The position numbers and the translations under genes were made by a program. Shown in pieces: positions 1 through 10,988 of a stretch of 64,000 nucleotides of DNA. Position 1 is the stretch's first letter. Each line of letters begins with the position of its first letter. Source of the stretch: an uncultured Verrucomicrobiae bacterium (GTDB lineage: Bacteria > Verrucomicrobiota > Verrucomicrobiia > Chthoniobacterales > Chthoniobacteraceae); the NCBI GenBank assembly GCA_963836755.1, contig CAWIKF010000002.1, forward strand, positions 448,001 to 512,000. The letters run 5' to 3'. Under the pieces are notes generated by a model. The model did no database searches. It worked only from the letters and a program-made list of their open reading frames with translations, and was not told the DNA's origin.

Positions 1-16
1 GATTCAGACCTCACGC

Positions 17-238
17 ATGAAAACCTCCGCTCTCATTGGCATCATCCTCATCGTCCTCGGCATCGCCGCGCTCGCCTACCAGGGCATCACATATCACGAG
101 CGGCAGACCGTGCTCGACATTGGCCCAATCCACGCGACGGCGGATCGCGAGAAAACCATTCCGCTTCCGCCGATCATCGGCGTCGTCGCGATCATCGGCG
201 GGATTGTGCTGCTGGTCGGCGGCGTGAAAAAAACCTGA
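17..238 (+). CDS. small two-TM membrane protein (DUF3185-like)
   Basis: 73 aa; two hydrophobic helices flank a 'VLDIGPIHATA..KTIPLPP' loop. Confidence 0.7.
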   Translation: MKTSALIGIILIVLGIAALAYQGITYHERQTVLDIGPIHATADREKTIPLPPIIGVVAIIGGIVLLVGGVKKT

Positions 239-259
239 GCGCGCGGGAAAACCTTGGCG

Positions 260-772
260 CTACTTTTTCTCCGGCTTCTCGAGTTTCAGCGCGACGGAAT
301 TGATGCAATAGCGCAGATGCGTCGGCGGCGGCCCGTCGTTAAAAACGTGACCGAGATGCGAGCCGCAACGCGCGCAGGTGACCTCGTCGCGCACCATTCC
401 GTGCGAATCGTCCGTGTTGGTTTTGACGCTGTCCGGCGAGATCGGCTGGAAATAACTCGGCCAGCCGGTGCCCGATTCAAATTTCGCCTCGGACTTGAAA
501 AGCTTATTGCCACAGGCCGCGCAGACATACGTGCCCGGCTCGTGCATGCTGCAATAGGCGTTTGCGAAAGGCGCTTCCGTGCCCGACTCGCGCATCACGT
601 GGAATTGTTCCGGCGTCAAAATTTTGCGCCATTCATCGTTGGTAAAGTTGACTTTGTCTTTCATGGGGATGGCGTTGAGCTTTGCGACTAATTCGGATTT
701 TTCAGGCCCGTCGGACTTTGCCGCCGGTGAGCAGGCGACGGCAAGCAGCGCGCAGAGCAATGCGATTTTCAT
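260..772 (-). CDS. msrB: peptide-methionine (R)-S-oxide reductase with lipoprotein signal
   Basis: GTE.PF, CxxC, KFESGTGWPSY, CARCGSHLGHVF.DGP, RYCINS motifs; N-terminal LLAVA-C lipobox. Confidence 0.95.
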   Translation of the reverse strand: MKIALLCALLAVACSPAAKSDGPEKSELVAKLNAIPMKDKVNFTNDEWRKILTPEQFHVMRESGTEAPFANAYCSMHEPGTYVCAACGNKLFKSEAKFESGTGWPSYFQPISPDSVKTNTDDSHGMVRDEVTCARCGSHLGHVFNDGPPPTHLRYCINSVALKLEKPEKK

Positions 773-844
773 AAGGTTTCGGTGAGTTTCGATTAGACAA
801 CAAATTGCGGCACGCGTTCACTGCGGCGTGCGCCGATTGCCCAC

Positions 845-3616
845 ATGAGCGAAGTTCATCCAGCGCCGCCCGATTACGTCGAGATCGGTTTTGACAAAAT
901 CGATCGCGACATCCGCTTTCTCATCGCGTGCTTCGGCGAAGTCCTCTGCGAGCTCGGCCACGAAAATCTCGCCGCGCTCATGCCGTGGTCCGATCGCCCG
1001 TTGCCGGCCGATGTGAAAACTTTGCCGCCGCAGCTCGGGCTCGTCTATTCGATCGCGTTCCAGCTCCTGAACATGGTGGAAGAAAATGCGGCCGCGCAGA
1101 TGCGCGTGCTGCGCGAAGCGCACGCGGGGCTCACCGCCGAGCATGGCTTGTGGGGACGCGAATTGAAGCGGCTGAAGGACGCCGGTTTTTCGCAGGAGCA
1201 AATTGCCGGCGTGCTCGGGAATGTCCGCGTGGAGCCGGTCCTGACCGCGCATCCGACCGAGGCGAAGCGCCTCTCGGTGCTCGATCAGCATCGCGAACTT
1301 TACAAGCTCATCCGCACGCGCGAGCGCGCGGAAACCCCGCCGAGCGAGCAAAAAAGAGCGCGCGAAAAGACGAAGGCAGCGCTGGAGCGTTTGTGGCGCA
1401 CAGGTGAAATTTTGTTGAACAAACCGAAAGTCGCGGACGAGCGTCGCAATGTTTTTTTCTATCTGCGCGACGTTTTTCCGGCAGCGCTGCCGTGGCTCGA
1501 TGGACGGCTGCGCGACGCGTGGCGCGAAGCCAACTTTGACGCCAATATTTTAGAGAAGGAAATGCCGCGGCTCCGCTTCGGCACATGGGTTGGCGGCGAT
1601 CGCGACGGACATCCAGGCGTGACGCCGGAGATCACCGCCGAGACGCTCGAGCGGCTGCGCGTGAACTCGCTTCTGGTGCTGCATCGCGAGCTCACCGCCC
1701 TCGCGGAAAAGTTGACGCTCTCAGCGTGGGTGCAGCGGCCGCCGCCAATTTTGGTCGCGGCGCAGGACAAAATTTCCGAATCGCTCGGCGATCTCGCGCG
1801 GCCGATTTTGACGGCGAATGCCGACGAGCCGTGGCGGCAATTTGTGAACCTGATGATCGCCCGTCTGCCGCTGCGGCTTGCGGCCTCACAGCTGGCGCAG
1901 ATCCACGAAAGCAGCGGCGCATATCGTTTTTCGCACGAGCTCGCGGAGGATTTGCAGACGCTGCACGATTCGCTTTGCGAAGTCGGCGCGCAGCGGCTTG
2001 CCGCGATCGATGTCCGTCCGGCGCAGCGCGCGCTCGAGACCTTTGGATTTCATCTCGCACATCTCGACATTCGCCAAAACAGCGCGGCGCATGACGCGGC
2101 GCTGGCTCAATTGCTGACCGCCGCGGGAATCGACGGCGAAGATTTTCCGCGCTGGAGCGAAACGGAGCGGCTCCGTTTTCTCAACCGCGAACTGCTTTCG
2201 CCGCGTCCGTTTTTGCATGCGAATGTCTCGGCCGGCGCCGAGGCGGATGTGGTGCTCGATTGCCACCGCGCGCTCGTGCGGCACATGGAGCGCTGGGACA
2301 CCGACGGCATCGGTGCCCTAATCGTGAGTATGACGCGACGGCTGTCGGATTTGCTCGTGGTCTATGTGCTGGCGCGGGAAGCGGGCCTGACGCGCTCGCT
2401 GCGCGAAGGTCTCGCATGCGTGCTGCCGGTCGTGCCGCTTTTTGAAACGATCAGCGATCTCGAGCGCGCGCCGGAAATTTTACGCGGGTTTCTGGAGCAT
2501 CCGGTGACGCGCCGAAGCCTCGCTTTTCAAACGAAAAAGAACGAGCGGCTCACGCAGCAGGTGATGGTCGGATACAGCGACAGCAACAAGGACGCGGGCA
2601 TTTTCGCGAGCCAATGGGCGCTGCAAAAAGCGCAGGCGAGCCTCGCCGGCATCGGCGCGGAAACTGGCGTGACGATTCGATTTTTCCATGGCCGCGGCGG
2701 CACTGTGAGTCGCGGCGCGGGCCCTACGAATCGGTTTTTGGAAGCGCTGCCGGCAGGTTCGCTTTCCGGAGATATTCGGCTCACGGAGCAAGGCGAAACG
2801 ATCGCGCAGAAATACGGGAATCTGCCGGCGACGATTTACAATCTCGAGCTTTTGCTGGCGGGCGTGGCTGCGACCACGGTGCGCCATCAGCTCGGACATG
2901 AGATGTCACACGGGCTCGAACAAGTCGCGCAAAAACTCGCGGAAGTCAGTGAACAAGCGTATCGCGGGCTGCTCGAGACCGACGGCTTCATGAAATTTTA
3001 CCGCGAGGCCACGCCGATCGACGCGCTGGAACATTCCAGCATCGGTTCGCGTCCCGCGCGCAGAACCGGCCAGGCGACGCTCGCGGACTTGCGCGCGATT
3101 CCGTGGGTCTTCAGTTGGAACCAAGCGCGCTTTTATGTGCCCGGCTGGTTCGGCGTCGGCTCTGCATTGGCGGCGCTGGAAACTGGCGAGCCGCCAGATT
3201 TTGCGCGGCTCTGCGAGCGGCTCAAGGACTGGCCGTTTCTGCATTACGTGCTCACAAATATCGAGGCAAGCATCGCGAGCACCGACCTCGATTTGATGCA
3301 GCGTTACGCTGCAATGGTCTCCGACGAACAGGTGCGCGAGCGCGTGTTTGGCGTCATTTTGCAGGAGTGGAAAACAACGCGCGAGATGCTCGAGCGTGTG
3401 CGTGGCCGGGCAATGGCGGAGCGGCGTCCACGGATGCTAAAAACATTGAAACTTCGCGCCGACGCGCTGCGCATTTTGCATTTGCAGCAGATCGATCTGC
3501 TGCAGCAATGGCGAGCGCTGCACCGCGCTGGCGATGAATCGAGCGCCGATGCGATGCTGCCAGCGCTGCTGCTTTCCATCAACGCGATCGCGAGCGGTCT
3601 GCGCACCACTGGCTAG
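845..3616 (+). CDS. ppc: phosphoenolpyruvate carboxylase
   Basis: VLTAHPTE, WVGGDRDG, QVMVGYSDSNKDAG, FFHGRGGTVSRG, LRAIPWVFSW, C-terminal IASGLRTTG. Confidence 0.97.
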   Translation: MSEVHPAPPDYVEIGFDKIDRDIRFLIACFGEVLCELGHENLAALMPWSDRPLPADVKTLPPQLGLVYSIAFQLLNMVEENAAAQMRVLREAHAGLTAEHGLWGRELKRLKDAGFSQEQIAGVLGNVRVEPVLTAHPTEAKRLSVLDQHRELYKLIRTRERAETPPSEQKRAREKTKAALERLWRTGEILLNKPKVADERRNVFFYLRDVFPAALPWLDGRLRDAWREANFDANILEKEMPRLRFGTWVGGDRDGHPGVTPEITAETLERLRVNSLLVLHRELTALAEKLTLSAWVQRPPPILVAAQDKISESLGDLARPILTANADEPWRQFVNLMIARLPLRLAASQLAQIHESSGAYRFSHELAEDLQTLHDSLCEVGAQRLAAIDVRPAQRALETFGFHLAHLDIRQNSAAHDAALAQLLTAAGIDGEDFPRWSETERLRFLNRELLSPRPFLHANVSAGAEADVVLDCHRALVRHMERWDTDGIGALIVSMTRRLSDLLVVYVLAREAGLTRSLREGLACVLPVVPLFETISDLERAPEILRGFLEHPVTRRSLAFQTKKNERLTQQVMVGYSDSNKDAGIFASQWALQKAQASLAGIGAETGVTIRFFHGRGGTVSRGAGPTNRFLEALPAGSLSGDIRLTEQGETIAQKYGNLPATIYNLELLLAGVAATTVRHQLGHEMSHGLEQVAQKLAEVSEQAYRGLLETDGFMKFYREATPIDALEHSSIGSRPARRTGQATLADLRAIPWVFSWNQARFYVPGWFGVGSALAALETGEPPDFARLCERLKDWPFLHYVLTNIEASIASTDLDLMQRYAAMVSDEQVRERVFGVILQEWKTTREMLERVRGRAMAERRPRMLKTLKLRADALRILHLQQIDLLQQWRALHRAGDESSADAMLPALLLSINAIASGLRTTG

Positions 3617-3618
3617 GC

Positions 3619-4182
3619 TCACGGCGCGAGTTCGCGCAGCGATGCGGGGCGCCATTCCCTGTGCTGCGGATCGAAGCGCAGAGCCACTTCCCACCGCGCG
3701 CGCACTCCCGCGCCTTTCGGGGGAAACATCACGCAAGGCAGCGTCACGACCGCATTCACCGGTGGAGAAAGTTGCACGAGTTGCGGCGCGAATGGATCAA
3801 AAGATACGCTCTCTTTTTTTCCCGCGGCTGCATTGCGCACGCATCCCCGCGCCTTCCAATAAGCGGACTGCGGCGTGAACTGATGCTGGCTGAATTCCTT
3901 CCAGCCGGTCATGCACAGCGGCGCGAAAGCGACGATCGCCGTCGCGATCAAAATCACCCCGACGAAAATGAAAAACTGCTGGTCGCGCAACCGCTTCCAG
4001 CGCCGCGGTTGCGGCGTTTCGCACAACTCCGCCACCGGCATCGATTGCTCCATCCCCTCGCGCCAATAAAGCGTCTCGCCGGCGAGCAAATTCCGGTCGT
4101 AGAGCCGCTTCAGCTCACCGTATGTGTAAGGCCCTTTTTGTTTGCCCTGCAGGCGGATGTAATATTCGGAGGCAAAAGCCAT
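3619..4182 (-). CDS. GYF_2 (DUF4339) domain single-pass membrane protein
   Basis: N-terminal YY...GKQKGPYT..EL......ETLYWREGM motif followed by a TM helix. Confidence 0.75.
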   Translation of the reverse strand: MAFASEYYIRLQGKQKGPYTYGELKRLYDRNLLAGETLYWREGMEQSMPVAELCETPQPRRWKRLRDQQFFIFVGVILIATAIVAFAPLCMTGWKEFSQHQFTPQSAYWKARGCVRNAAAGKKESVSFDPFAPQLVQLSPPVNAVVTLPCVMFPPKGAGVRARWEVALRFDPQHREWRPASLRELAP

Positions 4183-4188
4183 ACTCCG

Positions 4189-5469
4189 CTACACCGCAGC
4201 GATTTGCTTCGCGCCAAAATGCTGCTGCAACGCCTCGGGAATGTTGATCGAGCCGTCGGGTTGCTGGCCGTTTTCCAAAAGCGCCACGAAGAGCCGCGGC
4301 AGCGCGGTTCCCGATCCGTTTAACGTGTGGCAAAACTTGTTTTTCCCATCGGCATCTTTGAAGCGCAGGTTCATGCGGCGCGCCTGGAAGTCTTCAAAAT
4401 TCGAGCAGCTCGAAACCTCGAGGTATGCATTTTGGCCGGGCGCCCAAACTTCGATGTCGTAAGTTTTTGCGGAGCCGAAGCCGACATCGCCCGTGCAAAG
4501 CTCGACGATCCGGTAGTGCAGTCCCAACAGTTGCAAAACTTTCTCGGCATCGGCCGTGAGCGACTCCAGTTCGTCGTAGGATTTTTCCGGAGTCGTGATT
4601 TTAACCAGCTCAACTTTGTCGAATTGATGCACGCGAATCAGTCCGCGCGAGCCGACGCCTGCAGCCCCGGCCTCGCGGCGAAAACACGGCGTGTAGGCCA
4701 CGTATCTTTTCGGCAGCTCGCTGAGCTGGAGAATTTCCTCGCGATGAAAGTTCGTCACTGGCACTTCCGCCGTCGGCGCGAGATAAAGTTCATCGCGTTC
4801 CGCTCGATAAAGCTGCTCCTCGAATTTGCCGGGAAGCTGCGTGGTGCCGACGAGCGCATCGCGGCGCACGAGAAATGGCGGCGACATTTCGAGATAACCA
4901 TGCTGCTCGGTGTGGAGATCGAGCATGAAATTAATCAGCGCGCGCTCGAGCTTTGCGCCAGCACCTGTAAAACAAACGAAGCCGCTCCCGCTCATCCGCG
5001 TGGCGCGCTCGAGATCGAGCAGCGAAACTTTGTCGGCGATCGTGACGTGATCAAAAATCGGGTGCGCGAACGTCGGTTTTTCGCCCCATATTTTCACCAC
5101 CGGATTGTCGCCCGCGTCACGTCCGATAACCGCATCCGCGTGCGGTAGATTCGGTATTTGCAGCAGCAGCTCGCGCTGCTTCGCATCAGCTTCGGTTGCC
5201 TGCTGGTTGAGCAGCGCGATGTCATCGCCAAAGCCGCGCGTCTGTTCTTCCAGATCCGCCGTCTCTTCGCCGCGGCCTTTGCGCGCGCCGATTTCCTTGG
5301 AAAGTCGCTTGCGGTCGGCATTGAGCTGCTGCAGCCGCGTTTCGAATGCACGCCGCTGTTTGTCGCATTCGAGGATCTCATCGACCATCGCATCGGCGCC
5401 ACCGCCGCGGGTGGCGAGCCGCTTTTTCACCGCCGCGGGATCGTCGCGAATCAACCGGATATCGAGCAT
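4189..5469 (-). CDS. serS: seryl-tRNA synthetase
   Basis: MLDIRLIR start, coiled-coil arm, PTAEVP, FRREAG, RVHQFDKVE, EVSSCSN, HTLNGSG. Confidence 0.97.
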   Translation of the reverse strand: MLDIRLIRDDPAAVKKRLATRGGGADAMVDEILECDKQRRAFETRLQQLNADRKRLSKEIGARKGRGEETADLEEQTRGFGDDIALLNQQATEADAKQRELLLQIPNLPHADAVIGRDAGDNPVVKIWGEKPTFAHPIFDHVTIADKVSLLDLERATRMSGSGFVCFTGAGAKLERALINFMLDLHTEQHGYLEMSPPFLVRRDALVGTTQLPGKFEEQLYRAERDELYLAPTAEVPVTNFHREEILQLSELPKRYVAYTPCFRREAGAAGVGSRGLIRVHQFDKVELVKITTPEKSYDELESLTADAEKVLQLLGLHYRIVELCTGDVGFGSAKTYDIEVWAPGQNAYLEVSSCSNFEDFQARRMNLRFKDADGKNKFCHTLNGSGTALPRLFVALLENGQQPDGSINIPEALQQHFGAKQIAAV

Positions 5470-5524
5470 CGCTGGAAGTTATCCTGCGCGATTATTTCAG
5501 CACGAGAAAAAATCGACGCCGGCG

Positions 5525-5788
5525 CTAAAGCTCCTTTTCAAGCCGCTCCGCGAGCCATTGTTTGATCATGCTTTGGTAGTTCAGGTAGCGCGACCGCGCG
5601 ATGCGCTTGATGCGCGCGAGCATGCGCGGATCGAAGCGGACGGTGATCGTGGTCGACTCGCGCGTGTCGGCCTTGAGCAGCGAGGCGTTCATGAGCCGGG
5701 CATCGATCTGCGCCTCCTGCCAGAACGCCGATTCCAATTCCTCGGACTCAAAGTGCGGCATGTCCGACCAGCTCGTGATTTTTTTCAT
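5525..5788 (-). CDS. BrnA/CopG-type (RHH) antitoxin
   Basis: P.FESEE.E..FW and TTITVRFD...L..IK..A....NYQSMIKQWL patterns; directly follows the toxin-like gene. Confidence 0.8.
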   Translation of the reverse strand: MKKITSWSDMPHFESEELESAFWQEAQIDARLMNASLLKADTRESTTITVRFDPRMLARIKRIARSRYLNYQSMIKQWLAERLEKEL

Positions 5789-5789
5789 G

Positions 5790-6065
5790 CTACGAATTCA
5801 TTTCCGTTTTTTTCCGCTCGTAAAAAGTCTCTTCCTCCGCGCTCATGTCGCGCGCCAAAATCACGCGGTAGTTTTTTCCATCGGTCCAAAAGACGCAGAA
5901 AATTCCGCGGTCGCCGATCGATTTTCCGAGGTTGAAATAGCGCGAATCCTCGCCGGATTGATCGGGCAAAAGCCGCAGACTGAAAGGATCTTCAAACGAT
6001 TCCTCGATTTCCTTGGGCGCAATTTTCCGGAGGTCGAAGGGAACGTCGAGCCAGTCAAATTCCAT
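5790..6065 (-). CDS. BrnT-family toxin-like protein
   Basis: MEFDW start, F.DP, R...LG, VF.......RVI.ARDM..EE...Y. Confidence 0.75.
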   Translation of the reverse strand: MEFDWLDVPFDLRKIAPKEIEESFEDPFSLRLLPDQSGEDSRYFNLGKSIGDRGIFCVFWTDGKNYRVILARDMSAEEETFYERKKTEMNS

Positions 6066-6066
6066 T

Positions 6067-6447
6067 TTATTGCGCGCGCTGGATCAGCTCGATTTCGTAA
6101 CCTTCCGGCGCGTCGATGAATGCAATCGCGCTGCCGCTCGGGCTGCGATGCGGGCCGTCCGTGAGCGGGTAGCCTTTCGCCGCCGCGTGTTTAGCGAAGG
6201 CTTCGATGTCGTCCACCGAAAACGCAAGATGCGTCAGATCGGCGCCGACGTGCACTGGACCGCTTTCGTCGAATTTGCAGATCTCGATTTCCTCCGCGCT
6301 TTCCGGCGCCTTTAAAAAGACGAGCTGCGAGCCGCGGCCGGAAGTATGCCGCCTGACTTCCTCCAGCCCGAGCACGTCTTTGTAAAACGAAACTGTCTTC
6401 TCGAGATCGTGCACGCGGTAGCGCGTGTGGAGGAGTTTTTTAATCAT
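6067..6447 (-). CDS. gloA: VOC-family lactoylglutathione lyase-like protein
   Basis: LLHT..RV.DLEK...FY..VLG, HLAFSVDD, IAFIDAPEGYEIELI. Confidence 0.8.
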   Translation of the reverse strand: MIKKLLHTRYRVHDLEKTVSFYKDVLGLEEVRRHTSGRGSQLVFLKAPESAEEIEICKFDESGPVHVGADLTHLAFSVDDIEAFAKHAAAKGYPLTDGPHRSPSGSAIAFIDAPEGYEIELIQRAQ

Positions 6448-6534
6448 TGCCGACGCTCGATTGAAGATTGCAGATTAAATGCGGCACGACAACCCCGGCG
6501 CGAAGCCGCGCGGCCGAAAAATCCTCCCGTTTTT

Positions 6535-8034
<1,500 letters not shown>

Positions 8035-8048
8035 CGCGTGCGCGCGGA

Positions 8049-8843
8049 TCAATTGCTGAGGATCGGCGCCGGCTCGATTTCTTCTACTCGGTCGGCGGCC
8101 GGCGTTGCGATGCTGCTGTGCAGATCTTTTAGCAGCTCGATGCGGCCGGTGAAGTCCTCGAGCAGCACGGAACAACTCTCAACCCAATCGCCGGAATTAT
8201 AGTAATCGATATCGTTGATGCGATGGATCGCGGGGGAGTGGATGTGACCGCAAATCACGCCGGAAACCTGATAATCACGGGCGTAGCGGACGATCGCTTC
8301 CTCGAATTTTCCGATGAACGAGACCGCGTTTTTGACGCTCTTTTTTACATACGCGCTGAGCGACCAGTAGCCGAGGCCGAAGATGCGTCGCAAAGCGTTA
8401 ACAGGTTGATTGAGACGAAGTAAAAGTTGGTAGCCGACGTCGCCGACGAACGCGAGCCACTTGATATTTTGGACCACGGTGTCGAGCTCGTGCCCGTGCA
8501 TAACGAGCAGCCGGCGCCCATCGGCGGTGACGTGAATCGCATTTTGGTGAATCTCGATGTTTCCGTAGGTGCCAAAAAATCCGGCGATGAATTCGTCGTG
8601 ATTGCCCGGGATATAATGGACGCGCGTGCCTTTGCGCGATTTGCGGAGGATTTTTTGGATGACATCGTTGTGCGACTGCGGCCAGTAAATTCCGCGGCGC
8701 AGCTGCCAGACATCGATGAGATCGCCGACGATGTAGAGCTGCTCAAATTCGTAGTCGCGGAGAAAATCGAGCAGGGCCGCGGCGTTGCTGCCCTTGCTGC
8801 CGAGATGAACATCGGAGATCCAAGCGGCGCGATAGTTTTTCAT
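8049..8843 (-). CDS. calcineurin-like metallophosphoesterase, LpxH2/PlcP-like
   Basis: ISDVHLG, GDLID, GNHD, HGH, CGHIH, NSGDWVES; no signal peptide. Confidence 0.85.
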   Translation of the reverse strand: MKNYRAAWISDVHLGSKGSNAAALLDFLRDYEFEQLYIVGDLIDVWQLRRGIYWPQSHNDVIQKILRKSRKGTRVHYIPGNHDEFIAGFFGTYGNIEIHQNAIHVTADGRRLLVMHGHELDTVVQNIKWLAFVGDVGYQLLLRLNQPVNALRRIFGLGYWSLSAYVKKSVKNAVSFIGKFEEAIVRYARDYQVSGVICGHIHSPAIHRINDIDYYNSGDWVESCSVLLEDFTGRIELLKDLHSSIATPAADRVEEIEPAPILSN

Positions 8844-8911
8844 GAAGGAACACGCCGTGATTGCGCGAGAGGCGGCGTTTTGTCAAAGCGGGAATGTCAT
8901 CGCAGCGTGAT

Positions 8912-8927
8912 TTCACACGATTGTAAC
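8912..8927. promoter_or_regulatory. Pho-box-like tandem half-sites
   Basis: TTCAC at 8912 and GTAAC at 8923, 11 bp apart; CACACGATTGTAAC (8914-8927) is identical to 9157-9170. Confidence 0.5.
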
Positions 8928-9136
8928 TTTCGCGGCACTAAATCGGCAAAATGAGGAGCGAAGCTCGGCACCGATGAAACCGATGGTCACGAAATTGGGG
9001 TCTGTCAGAACAAATCTTCGCCCGCGCAAACGGAAATCTGTGCGCGTGATTTTGCGCGCCGCCTATCGGGCGCATTGCCGTGACAAAGCTACGCTGGCGG
9101 CCGTAAAACACTATTTGTGAGACGGCGAGATCTTTT

Positions 9137-9181
9137 CACGATTGTTACATTATCCGCACACGATTGTAACAATTGCCTCAC
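9137..9181 (+). promoter_or_regulatory. Pho-box-like repeats upstream of the porin
   Basis: CACGATTGT(T/A)ACA direct repeat at 9137 and 9159 (22 bp apart); half-sites at 9144/9155/9166/9177. Confidence 0.6.
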
Positions 9182-9308
9182 ACTCTCCGCAGCGTTCGAA
9201 AACAAAACCGCAGCGTCCACGCGAGATTTAGAAAGAAGATCGCGCTGATGCGGCGGCAAGTTTCCGAACGATAAAACCAATACAAAAAACCAAACCAATC
9301 CCAAAAAC

Positions 9309-10880
9309 ATGTTAAAACAAACGTTAATCAGCTCCATCGCTGCCCTGGCGGCGATAGGCATCGTGCATGCGCAGGACAGCGCGCTGCTCGATATCATGGT
9401 CAAGAAAAAGCTGCTCACTCCGAAAGAGGCGGAATCAGTGCGCGCCGATCTGGTCAAGGAACAGGCGGCAGAAGCGCCCGCGAACAAGATCTCGGTCGGC
9501 TCATGGGTCAAAGAAATGCAGATCGGCGGAGATATCCGTCTGCGTTATCAATATGACACGACAGATTTCCAAGTGCCGCCCACGACTGGCGGCGGCACGC
9601 CAAGCGGTGCGCAGCGTTCGCGTGTGCGTTTCCGGCTCCGAATTCACGACGACTTCAAGCTCAATGACAATTGGTTTGGCGGTGTGGAGCTGGCGACCTC
9701 GCCGGCTTCCGACAGCTCGAACCAGACGCTCGGCAGCGGCTTCGGGAAATACGGCATCTATATTAGTAAGGCGTTTCTCGGCTGGCAGGCTTCCGGCGAC
9801 TGGCTGACTCTTGAAGGCGGCAAAGTTCCGAATCCGTTTTACACGACCGACCTCGTCTGGGACCCAGACATCAACCCGGACGGCTTCGTGCAGACCGTGC
9901 GTTTCGACAAGATGTTCATGCCGAGCGAGGGCGGTGGCGGTTACTCGAAGGACGGCAAAACTTTTGTCGCGGCGGCTCCCGCGGAGCGTCCGTGGCAGCT
10001 CGCGCTTAACCTCGGCGAGTTCATCTTCAATGACAATATCGAGAATGGCAACCCGACCGGCTTGTCCGAGCCGGGCCTGACCGACAGCGACATTTCCGAT
10101 GACGCGTGGTTGTTTGATGCCCAGCTCGTCGGCAGTTACAAATTCGATCACAGCGTTAAGGTCACCTTCGGCCCCGGTTTCATGTTCTATAATTCCGGGA
10201 GCTTGAATTCGCTGCCGGCGGGAACTAACTCCGTCCAATTCTCCGGAGTGCCGACGATCACGGTTAACGGCGTCACTTCCTACGTCGGTGAAACGCGCGA
10301 CCTCGCGATCGTCACCGCGCCTGGCGATATCTCGTTCAAACTCGGTGCACTGCCGGTGAAATTCTACTGGGATTTTGCCTACAACACCAACGGCGCGAAA
10401 CGCTACGAGGACATTTACGGTTTGCTGCGTAGCGCCGGCTCATTGGGCACCGTCGGACATTATCCGAACGGCTCGGGCGGGCCTTTCACCAGCTCGCACA
10501 GTGCGCAAGATGACGTGGCTTATCTCCTCGGCCTTCAGGTCGGCGAGAATAAAAAGAGGGGTGACCTTTCGGCAAACGTGAACTGGCGTGCGACCGGCAT
10601 CTCGGCGGTGGATCCGAACCTGAACGATTCGGATTTCGCCAACGGCTACCTAAATACGCGCGGCATCAAAGCCGGGCTTGTTTATAACCTCACCGATTTC
10701 GCGACCTTCGGCGTGACCTATTATTACGCCTGGAATCTTCGCGATGATCTCGTGGGTGGCGCCGCGACCAGTGTCGCCGGTGCATCCGCGAACGCTTTTG
10801 CCGGCCCGAACGCTGGCGGCGGCCTCGGCAATGCGAACGTCGTGCAAGTCCTGCAGGTGGATTTGAACGTAAAATTCTAA
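9309..10880 (+). CDS. putative outer-membrane porin
   Basis: Sec signal (VHA|Q), N-terminal LLD..VKK..LT..EA..V helix, GDIRLRY, alternating beta strands, C-terminal LQVDLNVKF. Confidence 0.85.
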   Translation: MLKQTLISSIAALAAIGIVHAQDSALLDIMVKKKLLTPKEAESVRADLVKEQAAEAPANKISVGSWVKEMQIGGDIRLRYQYDTTDFQVPPTTGGGTPSGAQRSRVRFRLRIHDDFKLNDNWFGGVELATSPASDSSNQTLGSGFGKYGIYISKAFLGWQASGDWLTLEGGKVPNPFYTTDLVWDPDINPDGFVQTVRFDKMFMPSEGGGGYSKDGKTFVAAAPAERPWQLALNLGEFIFNDNIENGNPTGLSEPGLTDSDISDDAWLFDAQLVGSYKFDHSVKVTFGPGFMFYNSGSLNSLPAGTNSVQFSGVPTITVNGVTSYVGETRDLAIVTAPGDISFKLGALPVKFYWDFAYNTNGAKRYEDIYGLLRSAGSLGTVGHYPNGSGGPFTSSHSAQDDVAYLLGLQVGENKKRGDLSANVNWRATGISAVDPNLNDSDFANGYLNTRGIKAGLVYNLTDFATFGVTYYYAWNLRDDLVGGAATSVAGASANAFAGPNAGGGLGNANVVQVLQVDLNVKF

Positions 10881-10903
10881 ACGCTCACTCCTGCGGTTGA
10901 TTG

Positions 10904-10942
10904 AAAAGGCCCGATGTCGCGAGACATCGGGCCTTTTATTTT
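10904..10942 (+). terminator. intrinsic terminator after the porin
   Basis: AAAAGGCCCGATGTC-GCGA-GACATCGGGCCTTTT perfect stem followed by ATTTT. Confidence 0.9.
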
Positions 10943-10988
10943 CAGCGCCTCTTGCTCAAAGCAACTGCTCACGGTAAAACTCAAAGAC

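Noticed and set aside
9225..9237. 13-mer GATTTAGAAAGAA repeated near 45320
   Set aside because: Matches of this length are expected by chance in 64 kb, and the contexts are unrelated.
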